From a virus: a DNA stretch of 64,000 nt. This document shows positions 41,660-49,699 of this stretch, one piece after another; the stretch's first letter is position 1; each line of letters opens with the position of its first letter. The notes under the pieces were generated by a model. That model worked only from the letters and a program-made list of their open reading frames with translations, was not told where the DNA came from and ran no database searches. The stretch is from positions 12,525 to 76,524 of IMG/VR virus record IMGVR_UViG_3300036791_000458. One strand, given 5' to 3'. Position numbers and translations under genes: made by a program.

Positions 41660-42547
41660 CTATCCTATGGTTCCCTCTATAGTGTTCGGGTGATTCCCAT
41701 TCCTACCTGTCCCGCCATTCCTCGTGGGATAGGTCTCATGTGGCACATTTCCATCAGTCAACTGGTGCACATTCATCTGTCCGACATCACCATTGATAAT
41801 CGCGTCTAGTACGTTGATAGTTACATTAGTTGGCTCCTGCTCTTCCTTAGGCATGAGTCTCTGCCACTTAGTCAAAAGAGTAAGCGCTTGAAGTTTGTCA
41901 TGTAGTTTGAACTTAGTCCGCCTTACTTTGGTAAAAACTTTAACTCCATTGTTTACAATAGGTTCCCTCAACACTTCTTCCTCGCAGATAAGTTCTCCAA
42001 TCGCAGCTGCTTGATTACGTGTGATATTTTGTAAATCAAATGACCATGATCCATCGGGATTGATCTGAATGTAATCGTACACATTGGAATAAGCGAGATT
42101 AGCGAGCTCTGATAGAGTCTTCTCAGCAGAAATTTCGAGGTGCCTAGACGCAACTTTAAGTACTCGATCTATCTCTTCTTTCACTCTGGGATTTTTCAGT
42201 AAGATAACCGAAACCTGCATAGGGTTCGAGTATCCTGCCTTCTGTGCCGCGGCTGTACCATTTAACTTGGGGTCTTCAACAAAGAACCGTACAAAAAGTG
42301 CTTGCCTAACGGTCAACTTACTTCCGGTAGCTCCACGTTTACCAAGCTTGATGAACTGATTGGAAATTTCCTGCTTTTTCTTGGTAGCTTTCGCAGTGGA
42401 ATTCTGACGGGACTTCTTGGACTTCTCTCTTTTTTGGGGGGAGATAGGTTTTCCAGTCGAAAAGACTAAAGGTACACGCGGGGGGACAGTCCTAACTTCT
42501 TGAGGCGTATTATCCATATAAACATTGGGGTGCCCATAACTAAACAT
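41660..42547 (-). CDS. terS: terminase small subunit
   Basis: LTVRQALFVRFFV...NGTAAAQKAGYS...LLKNPRVKEEI HTH, plus the TLSELANLAYSN and KFKLHDKLQAL signatures. Confidence 0.9.
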   Translation of the reverse strand: MFSYGHPNVYMDNTPQEVRTVPPRVPLVFSTGKPISPQKREKSKKSRQNSTAKATKKKQEISNQFIKLGKRGATGSKLTVRQALFVRFFVEDPKLNGTAAAQKAGYSNPMQVSVILLKNPRVKEEIDRVLKVASRHLEISAEKTLSELANLAYSNVYDYIQINPDGSWSFDLQNITRNQAAAIGELICEEEVLREPIVNNGVKVFTKVRRTKFKLHDKLQALTLLTKWQRLMPKEEQEPTNVTINVLDAIINGDVGQMNVHQLTDGNVPHETYPTRNGGTGRNGNHPNTIEGTIG

Positions 42548-42607
42548 GTCCGAAAATGTCTATTTGAGCAAGACACACTTAGGTACAAGACACAAATCCG
42601 GATGAAG

Positions 42608-42638
42608 ATTATGGTACTCGTATTGAGGGGGTTGTCAA
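42608..42638 (-). promoter_or_regulatory. putative sigma70-type promoter upstream of terS
   Basis: Minus strand TTGACA (42633-42638) followed by TACCATAAT. Confidence 0.45.
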
Positions 42639-42708
42639 GGGCGAGGGAAGTTATTAGGTAAATAAATTACCTTAGACAGCATGAATGGATTCTAACTTTT
42701 TAAAATAT

Positions 42709-43975
42709 AGCTCAGACTCAGACTGTGACTATGACTTAAACTTTGACTGTAGCCGTCTTTGACTCCGACTTAGACCTTGTCCATGACTTCGACTGTAGCT
42801 TACGAACGTCTTTGGAACTCTATGACTTTGACCACGACCTTGCCTTCGACTGTGGCTACTGAGACTTTGGCATTGAAAAGGACTCGGCCTTTGACTGCGA
42901 CTACGATTACGACTTCTTCAACTTCGACTTAGGCATCAACCGTGACTTTAACCTTGACTCCGGCTTCTAAGACTATGCCTAAACAGGGACTCAAGCTATG
43001 ACTGAGACTCCGTCTTCTTTGACTTCAACTACGACACCGACTTCGACACCAGCTATGGCCAAGTCCTTGACTTTAACCTTGACTCCGGCCTCTGTGACTT
43101 AAACACTGCCTGGGACTACGACTTCAACTGTAGCTTCTACGACTTCGACATAGATATCGCCTTCGACTCTGCCTAGAACGTTGACTATGGCCTCTTTGAC
43201 TAGAACATTGACCTCGTCTGTAACTCTGACTTCGGCACTCTTCGTCTACGGCAATGACCGGGTCTATAGCTGCGACTCCAACTTCGGCTTCTTCGTCTTC
43301 AACCTAGACTGGGACTACGACTTCAACTGCGACTTCTTAGACTCAAACTTAAACATCGGCTATAACTCAAACTTTGACACGGACTCAAGCGATTATGACT
43401 ATGGCCGTGACTTGGACTCAGACTCCTGAGACTGCGACTTCGTCTACGGCAATGACTATAACTGTGCCTTGGACTTCGACTTCAGCTTCTGTGACTACGA
43501 CACCGACTTTGTCCATAACTTTGACCGTGATTTATAACTAGACTACAACTCCGACTTTGACATTGCCCATGACCTTGACTACGACAGAAGACTACAGCTT
43601 CTGAGACTCGGACTGGGACTTCGTCTAAAACTCAAACTCTGACAGCGGCTGTGACCATGACTTTAACTGAGACTGTAGCTTCTCGGACTTAGACACAAAC
43701 TTAGACCTCGCCCATGACAATAACCATGACTTCAACTGCGACTGTGACTCCAGCTTCTGCGACTAGGACATAAACCACGACTTCATCTTAGACCGGGACT
43801 GCGGCTAGCTTCGACACGAGCTTTGACTTAGCCCACGACTATGCTTCAACTTTTTACGCGTAGACTTTGACTTGGCTTCAACTTAGTCATTGACTATGGC
43901 TTCTGTGACTAGGACTGTGACTGAATCATTGACACCGACTACGGCTTCTGAGACTATGACGTAAACTTCACTTCG
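42709..43975 (-). ncRNA. main hexamer-periodic non-coding array (putative guide-RNA array of the solo RAMP)
   Basis: About 1.25 kb of tandem RAC-(T/C/A)-NN hexamers on the plus strand (minus: NN-DGTY), broken into more than 20 blocks by 9-nt RGCTTC-TNN linkers. Stop codons occur in all six frames. The repeat is seen directly; the RNA role and strand are inferred. Confidence 0.7.
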
Positions 43976-44120
43976 ATTCTACTTGCCTATTGTCTGCAAG
44001 AAGTAATAACGCTTCAAGTTCAAACTGCAATTTTAGTGTATCCGTGCCATCAACATCCTCACCATTCTTCTTACGAAGCAATTCCAAAAGATGTCGGGTT
44101 GCAGTAAAATCCATGATCAT
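43968..44120 (-). CDS. 50-aa hypothetical protein embedded between array segments (below the ORF-track cutoff)
   Basis: GGAG RBS, then MIMDFTATRHLLELLRKKNGEDVDGTDTLKLQFELEALLLLADNRQVESK*. Confidence 0.55.
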   Translation of the reverse strand: MIMDFTATRHLLELLRKKNGEDVDGTDTLKLQFELEALLLLADNRQVESK

Positions 44121-44133
44121 TTAGCTACTCCAA

Positions 44134-44316
44134 TACTTTGACAGTGACTTAATCATAAGCACCGACATGGACTACGACTGTGGCTTCTATGACTCAGTCA
44201 TGGACTCGAACTAGGACTGTGGCAGCAACTTCAACCTTGACTATGACTCCGGCTTCTTCGACTTTGATCAAGGCTATAACTTCAACCTAGACTGCGGCAT
44301 CGGCTTCTTTGACTTC
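44134..44316 (-). repeat. second hexamer array segment
   Basis: gacagt gactta ... gactgt GGCTTC TAT gactca gtcatg gactcg aactag ... gactcc GGCTTC TTC ... ggcatc GGCTTC TTT. Confidence 0.85.
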
Positions 44317-44553
44317 GGGTTCATCAGGTTCATCGGTGAGAGTGACCTTGAAATATTCGCCACCTATCGAAAACACACGAGCGATATGTGATTCTTCTTC
44401 TGAAAGTGGTCTCCCAACTTCAATGCTAATGACAGGAGAAAAACCCTCGCTATAATCCGTTGCTTCCTTCACAAAAACATCAAAATCGTTTTCCTCAAGA
44501 TCATTACCTTCGAGCGGTATTTCAATCAAAAGTTTTTTCAAGTTTGCCTCCAT
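44287..44553 (-). CDS. small acidic hypothetical protein between array segments
   Basis: 88 aa ORF; its last codons overlap the array grammar. Confidence 0.55.
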   Translation of the reverse strand: MEANLKKLLIEIPLEGNDLEENDFDVFVKEATDYSEGFSPVISIEVGRPLSEEESHIARVFSIGGEYFKVTLTDEPDEPEVKEADAAV

Positions 44554-44560
44554 TTTCTTT

Positions 44561-44684
44561 ATCTTTGACTAAAACTGCGACTGAAACTGTGACTTAGACT
44601 CCGGCTTCTTCGACTGAAACTCGAACTCTGACACGAACCGTGACTTTGACTCAGGCTTCTTCGACTTTGGCTATGACTTAGCTA
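44561..44684 (-). repeat. third hexamer array segment
   Basis: gactaa aactgc gactga aactgt gactta gactcc GGCTTC TTC gactga aactcg aactct gacacg aaccgt gacttt gactca GGCTTC TTC. Confidence 0.85.
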
Positions 44685-44690
44685 AGGCGG

Positions 44691-45809
44691 TTACTGAATT
44701 TCTAAAATGGTCAAGTGCACCATCTGTCCGCTCATCTCCACCACTTCACCAACGTATTGCTTCGAGGTTAGTCCGAAGATTGCGACATGTGGCTCACCAT
44801 TTGATGGTTTGTGCTCATAGATGAGATTGGTTTTAAAATCCATCGTCAGAACTTTTTTGACGGCCTCAACCGCGTGCTCGGGTTTGTACTCGAACACATT
44901 GGTTTTGTCTTCCCCTCTCAATAGTTCTGTGCCCATACGTTTGACCGCGTCTTTGTGGAGTGCTTCCCATGACAACGGCACATCGAACAATTCGATAGTC
45001 TTGCACCCGGTGTAGGTAATCAGTGACAACCCACACTGGTTTTCATGCAGGCGTGCCTTGGAAAGAATGTCATCGAAGTTCTGCGAGAAAGCATCGAAGT
45101 TATCCTTGAGATTATCCTGTCTAAAAGAAGAAAGAGGCGGCTGTTCCTCGGGAATTGATACTGACGAACCGAATATTCCGCTAGAACGAGATGTGAATGT
45201 ACGACGAACACCCGGAACACGTCCGGAGATATCCGCGCTCACTCTTTCACCACCCATCATGGCGTTCATGGTTGTAGTGGTTTTGGTTACGTTCTCCCAA
45301 ACCGTATGTTGATCTGCTGGAGTGAACCCCGCTGTGTAGCTCGCGTTCTCAACCGCAATTGGAACGGTGCCACCGTACTTGAAATTGCTTCCAGTACGAA
45401 TACCATGACTCGCGTGAACACACCGAGCATCAAGCGCAACCTCAGAGTTAGGAAACAACACCGCGCTTCTGGTAATGATTCTGGACTGGGTTCCCTTGCC
45501 TTCGAAGATGGTTCCGGAGCGAAGGAAGACGTTTTCTTTCCCAGTGTTTTTGATATTGATTTTGTTGATCATGCCACTGTCCGTAACAATGACGTTTTCT
45601 GTCTCTGGCATGGTGACATACTGACGGACAAAAGTGGTTTCCCGAAGGATTGGAAGGATACAAGCTAAGGATTTCTCGGATGGACGATCTGGTTTTCCGA
45701 ATGAGAAACCCAACTTCTCTTCTGCTACTGCAAGAAGAACTGCCTCTTTGCTAAGAGTTTTAGCCATGTGGTACTCCTTTTGTTCACGGATTCTTCCGTG
45801 TATACACAT
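44691..45809 (-). CDS. ARPP-1/DUF6569-like protein
   Basis: V.VTDSG.IN.INIKN.G..NVFL.SG.IF.G..TQSR......V.....V....RCV pattern and a later QH.VW..V motif. The likely start is MAKTL at 45767 (GGAG RBS). Confidence 0.65.
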   Translation of the reverse strand: MCIHGRIREQKEYHMAKTLSKEAVLLAVAEEKLGFSFGKPDRPSEKSLACILPILRETTFVRQYVTMPETENVIVTDSGMINKINIKNTGKENVFLRSGTIFEGKGTQSRIITRSAVLFPNSEVALDARCVHASHGIRTGSNFKYGGTVPIAVENASYTAGFTPADQHTVWENVTKTTTTMNAMMGGERVSADISGRVPGVRRTFTSRSSGIFGSSVSIPEEQPPLSSFRQDNLKDNFDAFSQNFDDILSKARLHENQCGLSLITYTGCKTIELFDVPLSWEALHKDAVKRMGTELLRGEDKTNVFEYKPEHAVEAVKKVLTMDFKTNLIYEHKPSNGEPHVAIFGLTSKQYVGEVVEMSGQMVHLTILEIQ

Positions 45810-45823
45810 GTGTACTACCTAAC

Positions 45824-46150
45824 TCAGAAAAATGTCAAATCTTCACGGACTCGCAGAACTAGCTTTTCAGCCATTCCTATAGCTGCGTCCGGTGACTCAT
45901 ACTGTGGTTTTGAGGTGACCAAATCACGTATGCGTATAGAACCGGATGGTGTCCTGTCCAGCATCCCGATATAGAGACCAAACTTCCCAGTCTCTTTATC
46001 AGGCCCGAAGTAAGAACAAAAAACTTCGTCTTCATCGGCTGCACGAATCACAATAAAGGTAAGCTGCGAGATACTTCCCAGCATTCTATCGACTTCATCG
46101 ATTGGCATGTATTCTCTTTCTCTCGCGTGCTTTAAAGTCGTACAGTCCAC
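45824..46150 (-). CDS. hypothetical protein
   Basis: ORF track; co-oriented with neighbours. Confidence 0.5.
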   Translation of the reverse strand: MDCTTLKHAREREYMPIDEVDRMLGSISQLTFIVIRAADEDEVFCSYFGPDKETGKFGLYIGMLDRTPSGSIRIRDLVTSKPQYESPDAAIGMAEKLVLRVREDLTFF

Positions 46151-46504
46151 CCCAGTGACCTAGTGAGCGAAGTTCATTACGAAGCCTTCTACTCATGGTA
46201 CTTCTACAACCGTACTTATTGTTTGCCCAAGCGAGTACATCAAGAAGACTACTGACTTTCACTTTACGACTAACTTTACGATCAATTAGCATACTACTCT
46301 CCTGTCAATCAGTCAAAACATCGTCATAGTCGGAGCGTTCTCTAAGCTCCATTTCCTCTGCTGGTACTGACGGTAAACGTCAGATGGCGAAGGTCGTCAA
46401 GCGCGGGAAGGTGTACGGGTTCCGGGACGGTATTGTCCACCCACACGAACTAGCTTAGTATAGCTCATAATTTTCCCCCTTTGGAATTACGTTCTGAATA
46501 AATA

Positions 46505-46552
46505 TACTTCGACTTAGGCGGCGTCGTAGTCTGAGCCTGTGACCGTGACTTA
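46505..46552 (-). repeat. single short hexamer block just downstream of the RAMP terminator
   Basis: tacttc gactta ggcggc gtcgta gtctga gcctgt gaccgt gactta, with C at every third position of the hexamer. Confidence 0.55.
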
Positions 46553-46623
46553 AAAAAATGGACTACTCCCCAACGACAGAGAGTAGTCCCGAGTTTATCC
46601 GTACCCGGAAGGATTTCGGATAA
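46552..46623 (-). terminator. intrinsic terminator of the RAMP gene preceded by a second hairpin
   Basis: Minus strand: TTATCCG...CGGATAA hairpin, then GGACTACTC-loop-GAGTAGTCC followed by ATTTTTTT. Confidence 0.75.
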
Positions 46624-46648
46624 GCAGCCTCAACCATGAGCAAACCTG

Positions 46649-47362
46649 TTATTCTGCTTCTGCTTTTTCTTCGCCTTCAACTTCTTCGTCGTCTTCTGGA
46701 ACGGTGACCTTTGCTTTCTTGGGCGCGGGAGTCAGATAGTCCCAACCCGCGACTTGGAACCGTCCATACCCTTGAGGACGAGCAGAACCGATACCAATCT
46801 GTTTCCCGCCCCATTCGATCAGCTTCTTCAAATCGTCGGGCAGGATGATTTCCTCATCAACAGAGAACACGCCCCGGGCAATGAAGTCATCGATGTAGAA
46901 ACTGGAGCACCAGTTCCGCTGGTTGGACGTTTCCATTTTGACGAAACGTTCAAAGAGCTTCGCGTCAGCGACAGTCTTCTCGGTGACCATCATTTTGTCC
47001 GCTATCTTGACACCGATGAACGTCAAACCCTTGTCAGACACACGCGGAATCGCTTTCGGCGCTTGCATCGACGCATTGTTGATGAAACTCTGAATGATTC
47101 GTTCCGGGATTGCGATCAGACCTTCACGCGTGCCGTCCACGGTGTAGAAGGGACGTTCTGCTTTTTTCTGCATGTCTTCGTAGTTCTCTTTGGTGAGACC
47201 ACGTTTTTCGAGCGCAGCGAGCAGAGCCTGCTCTTTTTTGCTCGCGCCCAGTTTGGGGTGAACGTCTTTGCTGATGTCGATGATTGTATTACGCTCGGGC
47301 CAGTAAGGCAATCCGATGTAACCGGAACCATTGAAGTTAAACGCGACTTGAACTTTAACCAT
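46649..47362 (-). CDS. stand-alone RAMP / Cas7-like (Csm3/Cmr-type fold) protein
   Basis: C-terminal glycine-rich loop LKKLIEWGGKQIGIGSARPQGYGRFQV, internal PFY..DG...IP...I.S.I..A segment, N-terminal beta strand, and acidic tail. Strong RBS (AAGGAG). Confidence 0.75.
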   Translation of the reverse strand: MVKVQVAFNFNGSGYIGLPYWPERNTIIDISKDVHPKLGASKKEQALLAALEKRGLTKENYEDMQKKAERPFYTVDGTREGLIAIPERIIQSFINNASMQAPKAIPRVSDKGLTFIGVKIADKMMVTEKTVADAKLFERFVKMETSNQRNWCSSFYIDDFIARGVFSVDEEIILPDDLKKLIEWGGKQIGIGSARPQGYGRFQVAGWDYLTPAPKKAKVTVPEDDEEVEGEEKAEAE

Positions 47363-47430
47363 AAGGTACTCCTTCTGTTGATTGTTTTACTAAACAACTT
47401 GACTTTGGCACAGACTGAACTAAAGCTGCA

Positions 47431-47895
47431 CTACGGGAGTCGGTCTAGTAGCTCAGGACGATTTCTCTTAAGCCACCTTTTCAATGCTTTAAGTTTGTAC
47501 AAAGTCCGTCTACCAGACCGTTCAACGGGGAATGATGAGTTCAACAGTCTCCATCCGGAAACTGTTGCTGGAGGCACATCCAACATTCTCAATAACATGT
47601 CCAACGTAACCAAGTCAACACTCCGCCGAGAAAACACGTTTTCAATTTTCTGATCGGCAACCTCATTGTGAGTTATCCAACCCGTCTTAGTTCCATACGG
47701 GCGCCGGAATTCAATCCAAATGCGGTAGCTATTTAAAACTTCGACCATCCCATAAATCGGATGCTTGATCTGGCCGAGTTCATCACAGCGAATCCAATCC
47801 TTCTTTCCATCCGGGCGTAAAAATTGAATCCAGAGATAACCTCGCTTCAAAACTTTTACCATTCCAAAATCGGGGTGCTTAATCTGATCACTCAT
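47431..47895 (-). CDS. DNA-binding protein with duplicated N-terminal module and C-terminal excisionase/MerR-like HTH
   Basis: QIKHP..GMV.VL....WI.F.RP.G....WI occurs twice, then LDVPPATVSGW...FP....GRRTLYKL..L.RWL. Confidence 0.6.
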   Translation of the reverse strand: MSDQIKHPDFGMVKVLKRGYLWIQFLRPDGKKDWIRCDELGQIKHPIYGMVEVLNSYRIWIEFRRPYGTKTGWITHNEVADQKIENVFSRRSVDLVTLDMLLRMLDVPPATVSGWRLLNSSFPVERSGRRTLYKLKALKRWLKRNRPELLDRLP

Positions 47896-48090
47896 AGTTT
47901 CCTCTCATCACTTTTCTGACTTCCTTACCACGCCCACAACCTGATGCTATCACATCAACAAGGGAGAAAATGCAAGCTGAACATAAAGCTGTAGGCGCGG
48001 AAAGTAAACCAGAACTATGACTTCTCTCCATAACATTTAGGATTTTTATTACCCCTGCCCTGCCCTGCCACGTTTAGACTAGTCTTTTGA

Positions 48091-48510
48091 CTAATGTACC
48101 TTATCCTTATCCTTAGCTTCTATGGGTACGTACTCCGGCCCACCTAAATCTGGATATCCCGGAATTTCTATCATTGTTTTCATGCCTAAATTCATCCTAG
48201 CTAATTCATCTTCACTCGGAAACTTTTGACCTGAATCAATGTAGGAATCAGCTAAGGCTGAGAATATAGTTATGTTGTTGTTCCGGATGGTTACTGCGGA
48301 GATATACCAAGTATGAGCAGCAGAACTAAGACTCTGCCATACTTGTTCATCCACATCGTTGATTGCTTCAATTAGTTTATTAATGACTTCCGCTTTGTCA
48401 TCACCAAAAACAGGTTCCACAAACTCTGGTAAAGTTTTTGCTGCGTCGATTACCTCTTGGTATACGGTAAGTTCTTTTGGCATTAGTTTTCCTCTAATCC
48501 CGTATACCAC
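48091..48510 (-). CDS. hypothetical protein
   Basis: ORF track; the likely start is MPKEL. Confidence 0.5.
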   Translation of the reverse strand: MVYGIRGKLMPKELTVYQEVIDAAKTLPEFVEPVFGDDKAEVINKLIEAINDVDEQVWQSLSSAAHTWYISAVTIRNNNITIFSALADSYIDSGQKFPSEDELARMNLGMKTMIEIPGYPDLGGPEYVPIEAKDKDKVH

Positions 48511-48578
48511 ACCCGAATTATTTTGTAAAGAAAATTTACAAAACTTTACAAAAGACGTTTAAGGAAAGCAAACCAGAA

Positions 48579-48926
48579 CTATGACTTCTCTCCCATACCA
48601 ATAACAGTAGTACGTCTCTCCCACGTTACGTCTTCAAACCATTCATTCACCAGAAACACGACAGCCGCTTCCTTGTGTTGGTGCTTAGGTTCAAAACTGC
48701 CCATGATACACCGGATGTGACGAAACGCTTTCTCCGGGTCAACACCGGGTCTCGGTTTCATCTCAAGTTTGCTCAGCCCATGATAAAAAGAATCATGGAA
48801 GAACTGCGCATACCTATGACTAGAAAGTTTGAACTCATCCGGGATATCTTTCCACTCCGGCATGAACTTAACCACACTCGCGGGAAACGCGACATCAACA
48901 TCGTTGAAGTCATGGACAGGAAACAT
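48579..48926 (-). CDS. conserved phage hypothetical protein
   Basis: MP.W.DIPDEF...F..G...SFEPKHQHKEA.V.FL pattern. Confidence 0.6.
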   Translation of the reverse strand: MFPVHDFNDVDVAFPASVVKFMPEWKDIPDEFKLSSHRYAQFFHDSFYHGLSKLEMKPRPGVDPEKAFRHIRCIMGSFEPKHQHKEAAVVFLVNEWFEDVTWERRTTVIGMGEKS

Positions 48927-49232
48927 TTAGACCTCTTTTGCGCGACGATCACGATCACGATCCCAAAGCAAATCGATCATCTGATCAACCGCACTTCCTA
49001 AGCGATCATGTTGCTGCGTCTTCTCTTCTTTAGAGCGAAGAACATAATGAACTTCTTGTTTCTGGCGGTCACTCAGTTTGTCGTAATCCCGCTTGTACAT
49101 TTTCTGCGCCTGAGTGTTCGCATCTAAGAGCTGACGAATAGCAATACCTGTTGGAGCAGGGTTCGCATCAATTGAACCACCCTTTTTGAATAGCACTTTC
49201 CCATACCGTTTAGTAGACTTAGACATATTCAC
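48927..49232 (-). CDS. hypothetical protein
   Basis: Preceded by TTGACA-N18-TAAAAT on the minus strand (49236-49265). Confidence 0.5.
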   Translation of the reverse strand: MNMSKSTKRYGKVLFKKGGSIDANPAPTGIAIRQLLDANTQAQKMYKRDYDKLSDRQKQEVHYVLRSKEEKTQQHDRLGSAVDQMIDLLWDRDRDRRAKEV

Positions 49233-49322
49233 GACATTTTAAAAACAAAATTTCAAATCTGTCAAGACTTAATTTCAACCTCTACTCTTACTCTGACAGG
49301 TTGGACTAGACCTTCTTCTTCA

Positions 49323-49697
49323 CTAGGTAGCGGGGCATTCAACGACCTCAATCTCGTTCGGATAGAGTTTGATCACCGATGTCTTCTTATACTTTGGGCG
49401 GCTGACATGATACTGATAGCCATCGAAACTCAGGACACGTCCAAAATGCTCACCGTACTGATTCCCGTTTTTGTCCGATGAATCATAGTAATGAACAAGA
49501 GAATTCACGGGGATGTCCGGATGTTCAACCACGTATTCTTTTTTCTTCTTCTTGCGTGGCTTCTTCACCGGGGGGTTCACCACAACCGGGGGCACTGGTG
49601 GAATCAATAGCTTCACTCTCTCGGGCACCGTCACCAGTTTGACACGTGGTGGAACGGGCGGGATAATCAACAACTTCACTCGTTTAGGAACTTCCAT
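49323..49697 (-). CDS. hypothetical Pro/Lys-rich protein
   Basis: Three VP.RVKL repeats followed by a small SH3-like beta domain. Confidence 0.5.
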   Translation of the reverse strand: MEVPKRVKLLIIPPVPPRVKLVTVPERVKLLIPPVPPVVVNPPVKKPRKKKKKEYVVEHPDIPVNSLVHYYDSSDKNGNQYGEHFGRVLSFDGYQYHVSRPKYKKTSVIKLYPNEIEVVECPAT

Positions 49698-49699
49698 AG

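Noticed and set aside
43181-43429. 82-aa plus-strand ORF (DxDx-rich)
   Set aside because: A by-product of the GAC-NNN periodicity; it has no RBS, is antisense to the locus, and the flanking array has stops in the same frame.
42709-43975. Ser/Arg- or Val-repeat protein read with a reassigned stop codon
   Set aside because: TAA, TAG and TGA all terminate genuine genes in this window, and 5- or 7-nt units shift the frame.
42709-44684. Canonical CRISPR array or TIGR-type array
   Set aside because: There are no identical 25-40 nt repeats with unique spacers, and no fixed-length units with box C/D-like motifs. The period is 6 nt and block length varies.
46754-47653. 299-aa plus-strand ORF
   Set aside because: Antisense shadow of the RAMP and HTH genes, caused by codon bias; no recognisable motifs.
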